From contig CAWJBB010000002.1 in assembly GCA_963840855.1 (NCBI GenBank), positions 1 to 64,000 on the forward strand: a DNA stretch of 64,000 bases, read 5' to 3'. Below are positions 19,466-29,040 of the stretch, piece by piece. The position numbers and the translations under genes are program-made. Under the pieces are notes generated by a model, which ran no database searches, was not told the origin of the DNA, and saw only the letters and a list, made by a program, of their open reading frames with translations. The DNA is from an uncultured delta proteobacterium (GTDB taxonomy: Bacteria > Desulfobacterota > Binatia > UBA9968). Position 1 is the first letter of the stretch; each line of letters begins with the position of its first letter.

Positions 19466-20233
19466 ACCCCACCCCCAACCAAATTTTCGAAGGAGTCCAC
19501 TTCGAACTGGGAGCGGCTGCGCCAATACGTAAGCTCATGATCCAGCCTATGGTAATCCAGATAGCTGCGAAGTTCTAAAATGAGATGTTCCAAGCGACCT
19601 CAAGAAATCGCGAAAAATTCTCAATGGACCGCGTTAGTCCTTCAGCGCGAATCTCCTCATGTAGATATGTGCCCACGTAGGCTTTAAGGTCTTCCTTGTA
19701 GTGAGCGGAATCAATGATCGATGGGAGACTGCCGCGATTGAGACGATCGAGCAACCTTGGACTATCCAGCTCCGCCGACACAAGTGGATGTAGGTGGCAG
19801 ACCCAAGCGCGGCCGCCTAAAAGATTAGCGGCACCCCGTTTGAGTTTTCTAGCGCTGCTCCCGGTTAGAATGACACGCAGCTTCTTGTTGCGTTCGATCA
19901 ATATTTGTCTGGCGTGGGCCAAAGAGAAATACAGACTTGTGCTTGACAGTTTCCCGGAGATTGAAGATCCGTTTATACATTTCGGCAAATATGTTGCCGA
20001 ATTTCATATAATTTGGCAAGTCTATTGCTGATCTGCATGAGCGGTATTTCTCACGGGACTCACTCCGTGACGGGATGGACTGAACGCTTCGCTGCAAGCC
20101 GACATGCAGAGAACGGTCCAATTCAGCAAGGTGAAACTGACTTTGACGTTGCCCTGGAATGGGGCGTGAGTCAGTTGACATTGCGATGCCTTATCAAATA
20201 GCTTTGGCCGCTATAGAATCGGTGCACGAACCA

Positions 20234-21169
20234 ATGAGCCGTGACACACGAGGAAATTGGCGCATCGACGTGCACCATCACGTAGTGCCGCCGCGGTTTG
20301 CCGACGACTCGATGCCGATCAAGCTTCCGGATACCGAAGCGCAACTGCGCTCCATGGACAGTTGGCATATTCGCGCGGCCATTACCTCGCTCACGCCGAG
20401 GGTGGTGTTGAAAAATATCAACCGGTTGCGCGAAGTGGCCCGTGAATGTAACGAGTTTCAAGCTCGTAGGTCGCAGGATCATCCATCGCGATTAGGCTCT
20501 TTCGCGCTTCTGCCGTTACCGGATGTCGACGGCGCGCTGGAAGAAATATCCTATGCGCTCGACATCTTGCACCTTGACGGCGTCGGTCTTTTTTCCAGCG
20601 TGAACGGCCGCTACTTGGGCGACCCGTCGTTCGATCCGGTCTTCAACGAGCTCAACCGGCGCGAAGCGGTCGTGTTTATTCACCCGACGCACTGCGAAGC
20701 ACCGGAGCACACGCAATTGCATGCGCCGCCCTTCGTCGTCGAGTATGTTTTTGACACTACGCGCGCCATTGTGAATCTGGTTTTTACCGGCACGCTCAAG
20801 CGCTGCCCCAATATTCGTTTCATCGTCGCCCACGGCGGCGGCGCGGCGCCGTTTCTCGCGCAAAGAATCGCGATGATGGAAGGCCATCGGGGCGGCAAAA
20901 ATGTCACCGCCGTGATTCCGATGCTCCGATCGCTTTACTACGAGATCGCCAGCACGACGTCGACATTCGCCCTGCGTTCGCTGCAAGAGCTCGCCGACCC
21001 GGCGCATATTCTCTGGGGGTCGGACCTGCCGTTCGTGTACGGCGCGCGGCTTAATGAGGAAGTGGATCATTGGGAACAGTATGATGGTTTTGATGCCGGC
21101 GGCCGAGCCGCCGTCGAGCACCTCAATGCGCTCAGACTTTTTCCGCGCTTTAGTCAGGGCGGCGGTTGA
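20234..21169 (+). CDS. Amidohydrolase_2 family (6-methylsalicylate decarboxylase-like)
   Basis: IDVHHH, VFIHP, FDTTRA, AHGGG, WGSDLP. Confidence 0.88.
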   Translation: MSRDTRGNWRIDVHHHVVPPRFADDSMPIKLPDTEAQLRSMDSWHIRAAITSLTPRVVLKNINRLREVARECNEFQARRSQDHPSRLGSFALLPLPDVDGALEEISYALDILHLDGVGLFSSVNGRYLGDPSFDPVFNELNRREAVVFIHPTHCEAPEHTQLHAPPFVVEYVFDTTRAIVNLVFTGTLKRCPNIRFIVAHGGGAAPFLAQRIAMMEGHRGGKNVTAVIPMLRSLYYEIASTTSTFALRSLQELADPAHILWGSDLPFVYGARLNEEVDHWEQYDGFDAGGRAAVEHLNALRLFPRFSQGGG

Positions 21170-21239
21170 ATTGGGTACCCGACCTCAATGACTCTCGCGG
21201 CCATGGTTGAAATTTCTCTGCTTCAGACGCACAGAAAGT

Positions 21240-21324
21240 CCGTCATGCCCGCGCACGCGGGCATCCAGTGTGGGGGCGGAGGAGCAAACACAAACCTGGA
21301 TTCCCGCTTGCGCGGGAAAGACGG
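21240..21324. repeat. REP-like palindrome (CGTCAT.CCCGCG...ATCCAG / CTGGATTCCCGC...GACG family)
   Basis: Long imperfect inverted repeat related to 22429, 32713, 52949. Confidence 0.75.
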
Positions 21325-21413
21325 AAGGGGAAGTTGACTTTCACTCAACGTTGTCAGGGCTCACCGGTTTCGAGCCGAAGGGTGTTCAGTTGCTTTAACG
21401 GGAGGTGACACCT

Positions 21414-22406
21414 ATGAACGTGACCAGAAGATGGCGACAAGTTCTGCTTGGCCTGATCGTATTTTCGGCAACGTTCGCAGGTTTGGCACGCGGCGCTATG
21501 AGCGCCGAAGCAACCCGTTTTCTCGTCAGCTACGGTGGCACCGCCGGCTACCAACTTCCCTTATGGGTCAATAAGGAATTGGGGTTTAGCAAGAAGCATG
21601 GCGTCGATCTGGAGATTATTTTGATCCAAGCCGGCTCGCCGAACATTCAGGCTTTGCTCGGCGGCAGCCTGCAGTTGACTCAAACGGCGGCCTCGTCGGC
21701 GGTAATCGGCGCCACTCAGGGTGCGCCGGTGGTAATCGTAGCGACTTTGGAAAATAAGCTGCCGATGCTGCTCATCTCCCGCCCTGAAATCAAAGAGCCG
21801 CAGCAGTTGCGCGGCAAGGTCATCGGCATCAATCGCTTCGGCGGCTCCAACGATGCCGCGGTTCTGATGGCGATCAAAGCGTGGAAAATGGATCCTAAGG
21901 ATATCTCCATGTTGCAGACCGGCGGGACGTCGGCGCGCATGGCAGCGCTGATGAGCAAGAAGATCGATGCGACGGTGCAGTCCTATCCGGAAATCTACCA
22001 AGCGCGCAAGCTGGGCATGAACGTCTTGGCGGACATCGGCGATTTCGGTTATTTCACGAACACATCGAACATCGTCACCCGCTCCTACCTCCAACAAAAC
22101 CGGGCGGCCCTGAAGGGTTTCATCAAGGGACAGATCGAGGGCATGCACTACGTCAAAACCAACAAAGAAGGAAGTCTAAAGATTCTCAGAAAACACCTGC
22201 AGATTACCGACACCGAAGCGGTCGAGGGAACGTATGAATTTTTCGCCAAGCGATTGCTCCGTTCGCCGCGCACGGAATTGGAAGGGATCAAAAATATCTT
22301 GGCGTCCATCGGCTCCGGTCAAAGGAACCCTGCGGAATTTATCGACATGAGCCTGATCGACGAAATTGAAAAGGAAGGATTTGTGCAAAAGCTCTACGGG
22401 CAATAA
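21414..22406 (+). CDS. ABC transporter substrate-binding protein (NMT1/SsuA-like)
   Basis: Signal peptide; LRGKVIGINRFGG; EKEGFVQKLY terminus. Confidence 0.88.
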   Translation: MNVTRRWRQVLLGLIVFSATFAGLARGAMSAEATRFLVSYGGTAGYQLPLWVNKELGFSKKHGVDLEIILIQAGSPNIQALLGGSLQLTQTAASSAVIGATQGAPVVIVATLENKLPMLLISRPEIKEPQQLRGKVIGINRFGGSNDAAVLMAIKAWKMDPKDISMLQTGGTSARMAALMSKKIDATVQSYPEIYQARKLGMNVLADIGDFGYFTNTSNIVTRSYLQQNRAALKGFIKGQIEGMHYVKTNKEGSLKILRKHLQITDTEAVEGTYEFFAKRLLRSPRTELEGIKNILASIGSGQRNPAEFIDMSLIDEIEKEGFVQKLYGQ

Positions 22407-22428
22407 ATAAGAGCTGATACTAGTTCGT

Positions 22429-22516
22429 CGTCATTCCGGGCAAGCTGGCGATAGCTAGCGCGACCCGGAATCCAGGAATCTGATTGAATCTGGATTCCGC
22501 TTCCGCGGGAATGACG
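22429..22516. repeat. REP-like palindrome, near-identical 5' half at 32713 and 52949
   Basis: cgtcattccgggcaagctggcgatagctagcgcgacccggaatccaggaa...ctggattcc...cgcgggaatgacg. Confidence 0.8.
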
Positions 22517-22607
22517 GACTTGGACTCCCAACTTCTTAAACGAACTTTAACTCCAGGACGGTAGCGATAACGTGGCGAACACCAAAGCATATTGAGGGAA
22601 ACAGAGT

Positions 22608-23630
22608 ATGGAAGCTCTCACTTTTTTGGTCAAAAAGTGTCTTTGCTTCGGAGTTGGGTTCTTCATCCTGGTCGTAACAAGCCCAACTCACGGTGCCGAC
22701 GCGCCGCAGAAGCTCCGTGTCGCCTATGCGGCGATCACCGCGGCATTCTCGATCCCCTGGGTCGCCAAAGAAGCCGGCATATTCCAACGCCATGGTTTGG
22801 ATGTCGAGTTGGTGTATATCGCCGCCGGGTCGCGGGCGATCCAGACGCTGGTCGGCGGAAGCATAGACATTGCCGCCATCGGCGGACCGGCGGGCGTCGA
22901 TGCCAAACTGGCTGGCGCGGATACCGTTTATATTGCCATTCCGGTAAACCGCGTGATCGTGTTCACGGTGGCCGCCCCGCAAATTCAGCGCGTCGAGGAG
23001 CTGCGCGGCAAGAGCATCGGCGTTACCCGCGTCGGCACCGTCACGGATTATTTTACGAGTCTTTACTTGCGCCAGAACGGACTCGTGCCCGACCGCGACG
23101 TCATGGTCAGACAGACCGGTGGTTTGCCGGAGACCGTTGCCGCGCTCAAAGCTGGGCAAGTCCACGCCGGCACCTTCGGTTTCCCGGCGGTGCTCCACGC
23201 CAAGGCCGCGGGTTTCCGCGTCCTGGTGGATTACAGCACACAGGGATTCCGTTATCCGCTTTCGGGGGTTGTGGTGACGCAAAAATTGCTGCGCAGCAAC
23301 GAGCCCGCAATCCGCCGGTTCCTCGAGGCTCACATCGAAGCGGCGCATCGATTTAAGACCGATGCGAACTTTGCGATGAGCGTCATTGGAAAATATACTC
23401 AGACTACCGACCGATCGATGTTGGAGGAAACTCAGCGGGTTTATGCCTCGGCTTTCGAGCGGGTTCCGTACCCGGACCCTGAAGACCTCAAACTTGGCGT
23501 GACTCAAGTGAGCGAGACCAATCCGCGCGCCCGGGGCGCCGATCCGCGCGACTTCGTCGACGGCCGCCTGCTGCGTGAGATCGAGGCCAGCGGCTTCGTC
23601 AAGAAACTCTACGGTGATCAGCCGAAATAG
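22608..23630 (+). CDS. ABC transporter substrate-binding protein (NMT1/SsuA-like)
   Basis: WVAKEAGIFQRHGLDVELVYI; LRGKSIGVTRVG. Confidence 0.88.
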   Translation: MEALTFLVKKCLCFGVGFFILVVTSPTHGADAPQKLRVAYAAITAAFSIPWVAKEAGIFQRHGLDVELVYIAAGSRAIQTLVGGSIDIAAIGGPAGVDAKLAGADTVYIAIPVNRVIVFTVAAPQIQRVEELRGKSIGVTRVGTVTDYFTSLYLRQNGLVPDRDVMVRQTGGLPETVAALKAGQVHAGTFGFPAVLHAKAAGFRVLVDYSTQGFRYPLSGVVVTQKLLRSNEPAIRRFLEAHIEAAHRFKTDANFAMSVIGKYTQTTDRSMLEETQRVYASAFERVPYPDPEDLKLGVTQVSETNPRARGADPRDFVDGRLLREIEASGFVKKLYGDQPK

Positions 23631-23733
23631 AGCTAGTCGTTAACCACGAAGGACCTAGCGCGGTTGTGCCGCAACCAAAGAGGAGAAGAGATTTAACCGC
23701 AAAGAGCGCAAAGGGCGCAAAGAAGAGGGGTCT

Positions 23734-23801
23734 CACCACGAAGGCACGAAGGACACGAAGGTTTCGGATATTTTTACTCTTAAACTTCGTGAACTTCGTG
23801 C
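23734..23801. repeat. CACGAAG-type REP inverted repeat; right arm split by IS110 copy 2 and continued at 25352-25361
   Basis: caccacgaaggcacgaaggacacgaag ... cttcgtgaacttcgtgc|IS|cttcgtggtg. Confidence 0.85.
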
Positions 23802-23831
23802 CTCCTTCGAAAATTTGGTTGGGGGTGGGGT

Positions 23832-25106
23832 TCAGGCTGCTTTAGCCATGGGTGACAATTCCACCTCCTGTCCGAGTTCCCGGAGTCTGCGGACATGGTA
23901 ACGAATACGCTGTTGAGGGTTGAGTTTATCAAAGTAGTCAACACCGAGATCCTTGTAGGGTTTGTCATCGCGGAGCATAAGATAGACGGTAACCAACAGG
24001 CTGTGTTTAACCGCGCCGATCGCACGCTTTTTCCCACGTCGGCCTGCCAGACGATGGTACTGCGCTTTGAAATAGCTGTTTTTGGTGCGCACCGCCGCGT
24101 GCGCCATCTCGGTAAGCACCGCGTCGATGTGACGGTTGGCAGCGGGGGTTTTGCCGCTGCGCCGTTTGCCGGCGCTTTCATGATTGCCGGGACACTGGCC
24201 CGCCCAAGAGGCGAAGTGCTTGTGGGTAGGAAACCGGCTCATGTCAGTTCCGGTTTCCGCCAACAGCGCTTGGGCTCCACGTTCCCCCACCCCCGCAACC
24301 GCATCAAGCTGCTCTACCGCGGCACGAAACGAAGGGGGCGCTACCGCCCCCAACCGCTCGCTTACGCTGGCGATCTCCTTTTCGAGAAAGTCGTATTGTC
24401 CAAGCAACTGCCGCAGCAAAAAGCGGTGATGCTCGGTCAGCTCTCCCTCCAAAGCGCGCTGCAATTCGGGGATCTTGCCGCGCAGCTGGCGCTGGGCCAG
24501 ATCCGCCAACACTGTAACGTCTTTCTCTCCAGCGATCAGCGCCTCGATCATCTTGCGTCCCGACGCCCCCATCACATCACTGGCTACCGAGCCCAGCTTA
24601 ATGTTGGCTGTCTCCAACACCTTCTGGATGCGGTTGTCCACCGCATTTCGCTGCTGCACCAGCTTGGTCTGTTGACGCGTCAGATCCCGCAGCTCGCGCT
24701 GCTGGCGGTCGGGAACAAAACTCGGCCTCAACAGCCCACACTGCAAAAGCTGCGCGATCCACTCCGCGTCCTTCATATCGGTCTTTCGCCCAGGCACTTT
24801 CTTCAGATGCTGGGCGTTGATCAGCAACAGCTTGAAATGGCCTTCGAGCAGGTTGAACACCGGCTGCCAGTAAATCCCCGTCGACTCCATCGCCACGTGG
24901 GTCACCCCCTGCTCGGTCAACCACTGGCGCAGCTCTATCAGATCGGCCGTCATCGTACCGAACTTACGCAGCGTGCTCTGCACCGTGCCATCCTTCGCAT
25001 TGAGGATACGCACGCACGCCACGATCAGTTTTTTGTGCAGGTCCAACCCGCACACGCGCGCATACAAGGCCTGCAGCCCCGCAGGGCTACTGTTCTTCTT
25101 GCTCAT
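23832..25106 (-). CDS. IS110 family DEDD recombinase/transposase
   Basis: Identical translation to 18191-19465. Confidence 0.96.
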   Translation of the reverse strand: MSKKNSSPAGLQALYARVCGLDLHKKLIVACVRILNAKDGTVQSTLRKFGTMTADLIELRQWLTEQGVTHVAMESTGIYWQPVFNLLEGHFKLLLINAQHLKKVPGRKTDMKDAEWIAQLLQCGLLRPSFVPDRQQRELRDLTRQQTKLVQQRNAVDNRIQKVLETANIKLGSVASDVMGASGRKMIEALIAGEKDVTVLADLAQRQLRGKIPELQRALEGELTEHHRFLLRQLLGQYDFLEKEIASVSERLGAVAPPSFRAAVEQLDAVAGVGERGAQALLAETGTDMSRFPTHKHFASWAGQCPGNHESAGKRRSGKTPAANRHIDAVLTEMAHAAVRTKNSYFKAQYHRLAGRRGKKRAIGAVKHSLLVTVYLMLRDDKPYKDLGVDYFDKLNPQQRIRYHVRRLRELGQEVELSPMAKAA

Positions 25107-25116
25107 AGACGCTCCC

Positions 25117-25307
25117 CCTTTCTTGCGGCACACCCAGGGGACATACGGCATATTCGATTCTCCTTCGCGTGCTCTCGTCGGCAGATGACGAGGCGACAAT
25201 CTGAGGCGCCGAAGGATGTCCCGGATCACACTTCGTGTCGGGCTCTCTCGCGCCACTCACTTATCGATCTCTTCGCTGGGGCGCCGCTCCCTGCTTACCG
25301 CATCTGC
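25117..25307 (-). ncRNA. Putative IS110 bridge RNA, copy 2
   Basis: Same left end as copy 1. Confidence 0.7.
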
Positions 25308-25380
25308 CTCCCATTTTCATCTTCTGCGGGCGAGCGTAAGATCATGAATCACTTCGTGGTGAATAGTATTCTTGGGACTC

Positions 25381-26538
25381 ATGCGTATTAATGTAATCGG
25401 CGCCGGGCCGGCCGGCCTTTTGTTCTCGTTACTCATCAAGCGCCGCTTTCCGGCGTGGCAGATTAACGTTTTCGAGCAAAACCCGCCGGACGCAACCTTC
25501 GGCTTCGGTGTGGTTTTCTCCCTGAACGCACTGGCGTTTCTCGAGCGCGACGTGGCGGATTTTCACCGGCAGCTCGCGCCGCGCCTGGAATCATGGCCGC
25601 TGCAACGCATCGTCCATCGCAACCAGCGGGTGGATATCGACGGCAATGGTTTCTCGGCCATCGGCCGCTTGGAGCTCAATCGATTTCTCCAACAGCTCTG
25701 CGCCGACACTGGCGTGCGCATCGAGTACGAACGCAATATCGCGTCCGTCCATGAACTGTCGGATCTCGCGGGCGCCGACCTGCTCGTCGGCGCCGATGGC
25801 GCCAACTCTATCGTGCGTCGCGCGCTCGAAACGGAGTTCGCGCCGAAATTCGAATGGCTCACCAACCGCTTCGCTTGGTACGGGACGGCCCAACTCTTCG
25901 ACTGCCTGAGCTTGACGTTTCGCAGCAACGAACATGGTTCGTTTGTCGCGCACCATTATCGCCACAGTCAAATGATGAGCACGTTCGTCGTCGAGTGCGA
26001 CGAAGCCACCTGGCGCAGGGCCGGCCTCGACCACATGTCGGACGAAGACAGCCGCGTATATTGCCAGGCCGTGTTTGCGCCGGACTTAAACGGCAACCCG
26101 CTCGTATCCAACAAATCGATCTGGCGCCAATTTCTTTTGCTGGCGAGCCGCCGCTGGTTCGTCGGCAACACCCTGCTGATCGGCGACGCGCTGCGCACGG
26201 TACATTTTTCCATCGGTTCGGGCACGCGCCTCGCTTTCGAGGACGCCATTGCGCTCGATCGCGCGTTTGGCGAAGCCGGGGGCGACGTGCCGCGCGCGTT
26301 GGTAGCCTTCGAACGAGACCGGCGCCCGGTGGTGGAAAAGATTATCGCCGCGGCCAACGCCAGCTCGTATTGGTATGAGCGCTTAGCGGAGAAAATGATG
26401 TTGGAACCGTGGCAACTCGCCTATGATTATATGACGCGCAGCGGGCGCATGACCGACGAGCGCTTGCGCGAGCTGTCGCCACAGTTTATGGCGCGAGTGG
26501 ACGCGGAGCGAAAACGCGTCGATTCCGTCAGAATGTAA
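25381..26538 (+). CDS. FAD-dependent monooxygenase (salicyloyl-CoA/anthraniloyl-CoA hydroxylase N-domain-like)
   Basis: GAGPAG, TFGFGVVFS, GADG, GDALRTVHFSIGSGTRLAFEDAI, YMTRS. Confidence 0.88.
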   Translation: MRINVIGAGPAGLLFSLLIKRRFPAWQINVFEQNPPDATFGFGVVFSLNALAFLERDVADFHRQLAPRLESWPLQRIVHRNQRVDIDGNGFSAIGRLELNRFLQQLCADTGVRIEYERNIASVHELSDLAGADLLVGADGANSIVRRALETEFAPKFEWLTNRFAWYGTAQLFDCLSLTFRSNEHGSFVAHHYRHSQMMSTFVVECDEATWRRAGLDHMSDEDSRVYCQAVFAPDLNGNPLVSNKSIWRQFLLLASRRWFVGNTLLIGDALRTVHFSIGSGTRLAFEDAIALDRAFGEAGGDVPRALVAFERDRRPVVEKIIAAANASSYWYERLAEKMMLEPWQLAYDYMTRSGRMTDERLRELSPQFMARVDAERKRVDSVRM

Positions 26539-26635
26539 AAAATGCCTCCTTCTTCAGGCAAAGCCCGCTGCTGGCGGTTGCGCCTCGTTATGAAGCTCGG
26601 TGCTCGCCTCGGATGCGGAGGAAAAGGAGAAGACC

Positions 26636-28823
26636 ATGGCCAAAAGAATTGAAATCGCCGGCCTCAAGATAGATGAAAGGCTCTATAGTCTGGTGCGCGA
26701 CGAAATTGCGCCGGGCACCGGCGTGAGGGCCGACGGTTTTTGGAAATCTCTGGCGGAGATTGTGCGAGATCTGGGCCCTAAGAATCGCGCGCTATTGGCA
26801 AAGCGCGACCGGCTGCAAGAACAGATCGACCAGTGGCACCGGGCGCGAACAGGTCAGCCCTTCAACCTGAAGGAATACGCCGCCTTTTTGAACGAGATTG
26901 GCTACCTCATTCCTGAAGGCAAGAATTTCAAAATAACCACAGCCAACGTCGACGCCGAGATCGCCGAGATCGCGGGGTCGCAACTGGTAGTCCCCCTCGA
27001 CAACGCCCGCTACGCTTTGAACGCTGCGAACGCGCGCTGGGGGAGTCTCTACGACGCGCTCTACGGCACCAACGTGATCCCGGAGGATGACGGCGCGGAA
27101 AAGGGCGGGGCCTACAATCCCAGACGCGGTGCCAAGGTCATCTCGTATACGGAGGAATTCTTAGACAAGGTCGTCGCTCTGAGACGCGGCAGTTTCTCCG
27201 ATGTCACCCGGTTTTTTCTCAAACGCGCCGGTCGTAAGAAACAACTGGCTGCGACCCTCAAGGACGGAAAAACTGTCGGCCTTGCGGATGGACGCAAATT
27301 TCTCGGCTATCAGGAAAAAGCCGGTGAGTTGTCGAGCATCGTGCTTACCAACAATGGCTCGCGCATCGAGATCCAAATCGATCGAAGCCATCCCATCGGC
27401 AAAGACCACCCCGCCGGGGTGAAAGACGTAGTCCTGGAGGCGGCGATCACGACCATCGAGGATTGCGAGGACGCCGTCGCCGCGGTGGACGCCGGTGATA
27501 AGGTCTACGATTTATCGCCACTGGTGCGGCCTCATGAAAGGCACGCTCGAAGCGACCTTTGAAAAGAATGGCCGCCCGCTCACCCGAAGGCTCAACCCGG
27601 ACAAGGTCTTTACTACACCGACGGGAAGGAAGCTCACCTTATCCGGACGAAGTCTGCTCCTGGTGCGCAACGTCGGCATTCACATGTATACCGACGCCGT
27701 TACTACAACGAACGGAGAAGAGATTCCCGAGGGCTTCCTGGACGGTATGGTTACGGCGCTCTCTGCCATCCATGATCTCAAGAGAAAGGGAAAATATCGC
27801 AACAGTAAAACGGGGAGCATTTATATCGTCAAGCCGAAACAGCATGGGCCGGAGGAAGTTGCAGCTACTGTGGAGCTATTTCAGCGGATCGAGGGCGCCC
27901 TGGGATTAAAGCGGAAAACTCTCAAGATCGGGATCATGGATGAGGAGCGGCGCACGACGGTCAACCTGAAGGAATGTATACGGGCGGCGAAAGATCGGGT
28001 GGTTTTCATCAACACTGGTTTCCTGGATCGGACCGGTGACGAGATCCACACCAGCATGGAACTCGGACCGATGCTGCCAAAGGAAGAGATCAAAGCGCAG
28101 CCATGGATCAAGGCCTACGAAGACTGGAACGTAGACAACGGCATCGAAACGGGATTTCGCGGGAAAGCGCAGATCGGCAAAGGGATGTGGACGATGCCGG
28201 ATGAGATGCGCGAGATGGTCAGGACGAAGATTGCTCATCCGCAAGCGGGAGCGAACACTGCCTGGGTGCCGTCGCCGACCGCGGCGACCCTCCATGCTCT
28301 ACATTATCACTACGTCAATGTCGCCAAGCGTCAGGCCGAGCTTGCGAAGAGAGCGCGCGCGAGTCTCGATCACATACTCACGCCGCCGCTCTTGTTGGAC
28401 CGGGTGTTAGAGCCTGAGGATATTCAGCGCGAACTGGACAACAATGCCCAGGGCATCCTGGGATACGTTGTACGCTGGGTTGATCAGGGAATCGGCTGTT
28501 CGAAAGTTCCGAATATCAACGACGTGGCATTGATGGAAGATCGGGCGACGCTGAGGATTTCGAGCCAACATATCGCCGACTGGCTCAAGTATGGCATCGT
28601 CACGAAGGATCGGGTGATTGAGACGTTTCGACGGATGGCGCAAGTCGTCGATCGGCAAAATTCCGGCGACCCCAACTACCGTAACATGGCGCCGGACTAC
28701 GACAGAAGCATCGCTTTTCAGGCGGCGTTGGAGCTCGTCTTAAATGGGCGCGAGGCGTCGAACGGATACACCGAGCCCGTGCTCCACTCCCGCCGCAGAG
28801 AAGTCAAAGCGGCGCGGGAATGA
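26636..28823 (+). CDS. glcB: Malate synthase G, split by a +1 frameshift at about 27502
   Basis: [29 protein letters not shown]; [39 protein letters not shown] in the second frame. Confidence 0.93.
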
Positions 28824-28844
28824 CCATCCCCATGGGCGCTTATT

Positions 28845-28963
28845 CGGTTCAAAGTTCAAGGATTCAATGTTCAACGTATTCCGATGCATTTATGAACCGC
28901 ATGCTCGGAGTCTGTAACTTTGAACCTTGACACATTGAACTTTGAACGGCACACGCAGTGTGC
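28845..28963. repeat. GTTCAAN / NTTGAAC heptamer-array inverted repeat with terminal GCA-loop hairpin
   Basis: gttcaaagttcaaggattcaatgttcaac ... tttgaaccttgacacattgaactttgaac ggcacacgcagtgtgc. Confidence 0.8.
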
Positions 28964-29040
28964 TTCTTATTAACTTGACACTCGGCCCAGGTTTGCGATA
29001 CTCACCCGCGAGTGCCGATCAAAAACCGGAGGTGGCTACG

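Larger units (their letters stand above)
17944..19495 (+). mobile_element. IS110 family element, copy 1 (1552 bp including both AG cores)
   Basis: Ends defined by comparison with copy 2 and by rejoining the interrupted ATPase gene; no TIRs; AG dinucleotide at both junctions. Confidence 0.95.
17727..19980 (-). pseudogene. AAA_14/DUF4143 ATP-binding protein, degraded and interrupted by IS110
   Basis: LFGPRQT (truncated Walker A), ILTGSSARKLKRGAANLLGGRA, YWRSRSQFEVD|IS|FVVGDEIGIE, ...FLKELWAG; internal deletions and frameshifts. Confidence 0.85.
23802..25353 (-). mobile_element. IS110 family element, copy 2 (inverted, apparently identical)
   Basis: Same 1552-bp length and identical protein; CT core at 23802-03 and 25352-53. 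Confidence 0.95.

Noticed and set aside
17944-25353. Composite transposon or inversion bounded by the two inverted IS110 copies
   Set aside because: Each copy's two flanks rejoin to its own pre-insertion site (ATPase gene; REP arm), so these are independent insertions with no inversion between them.
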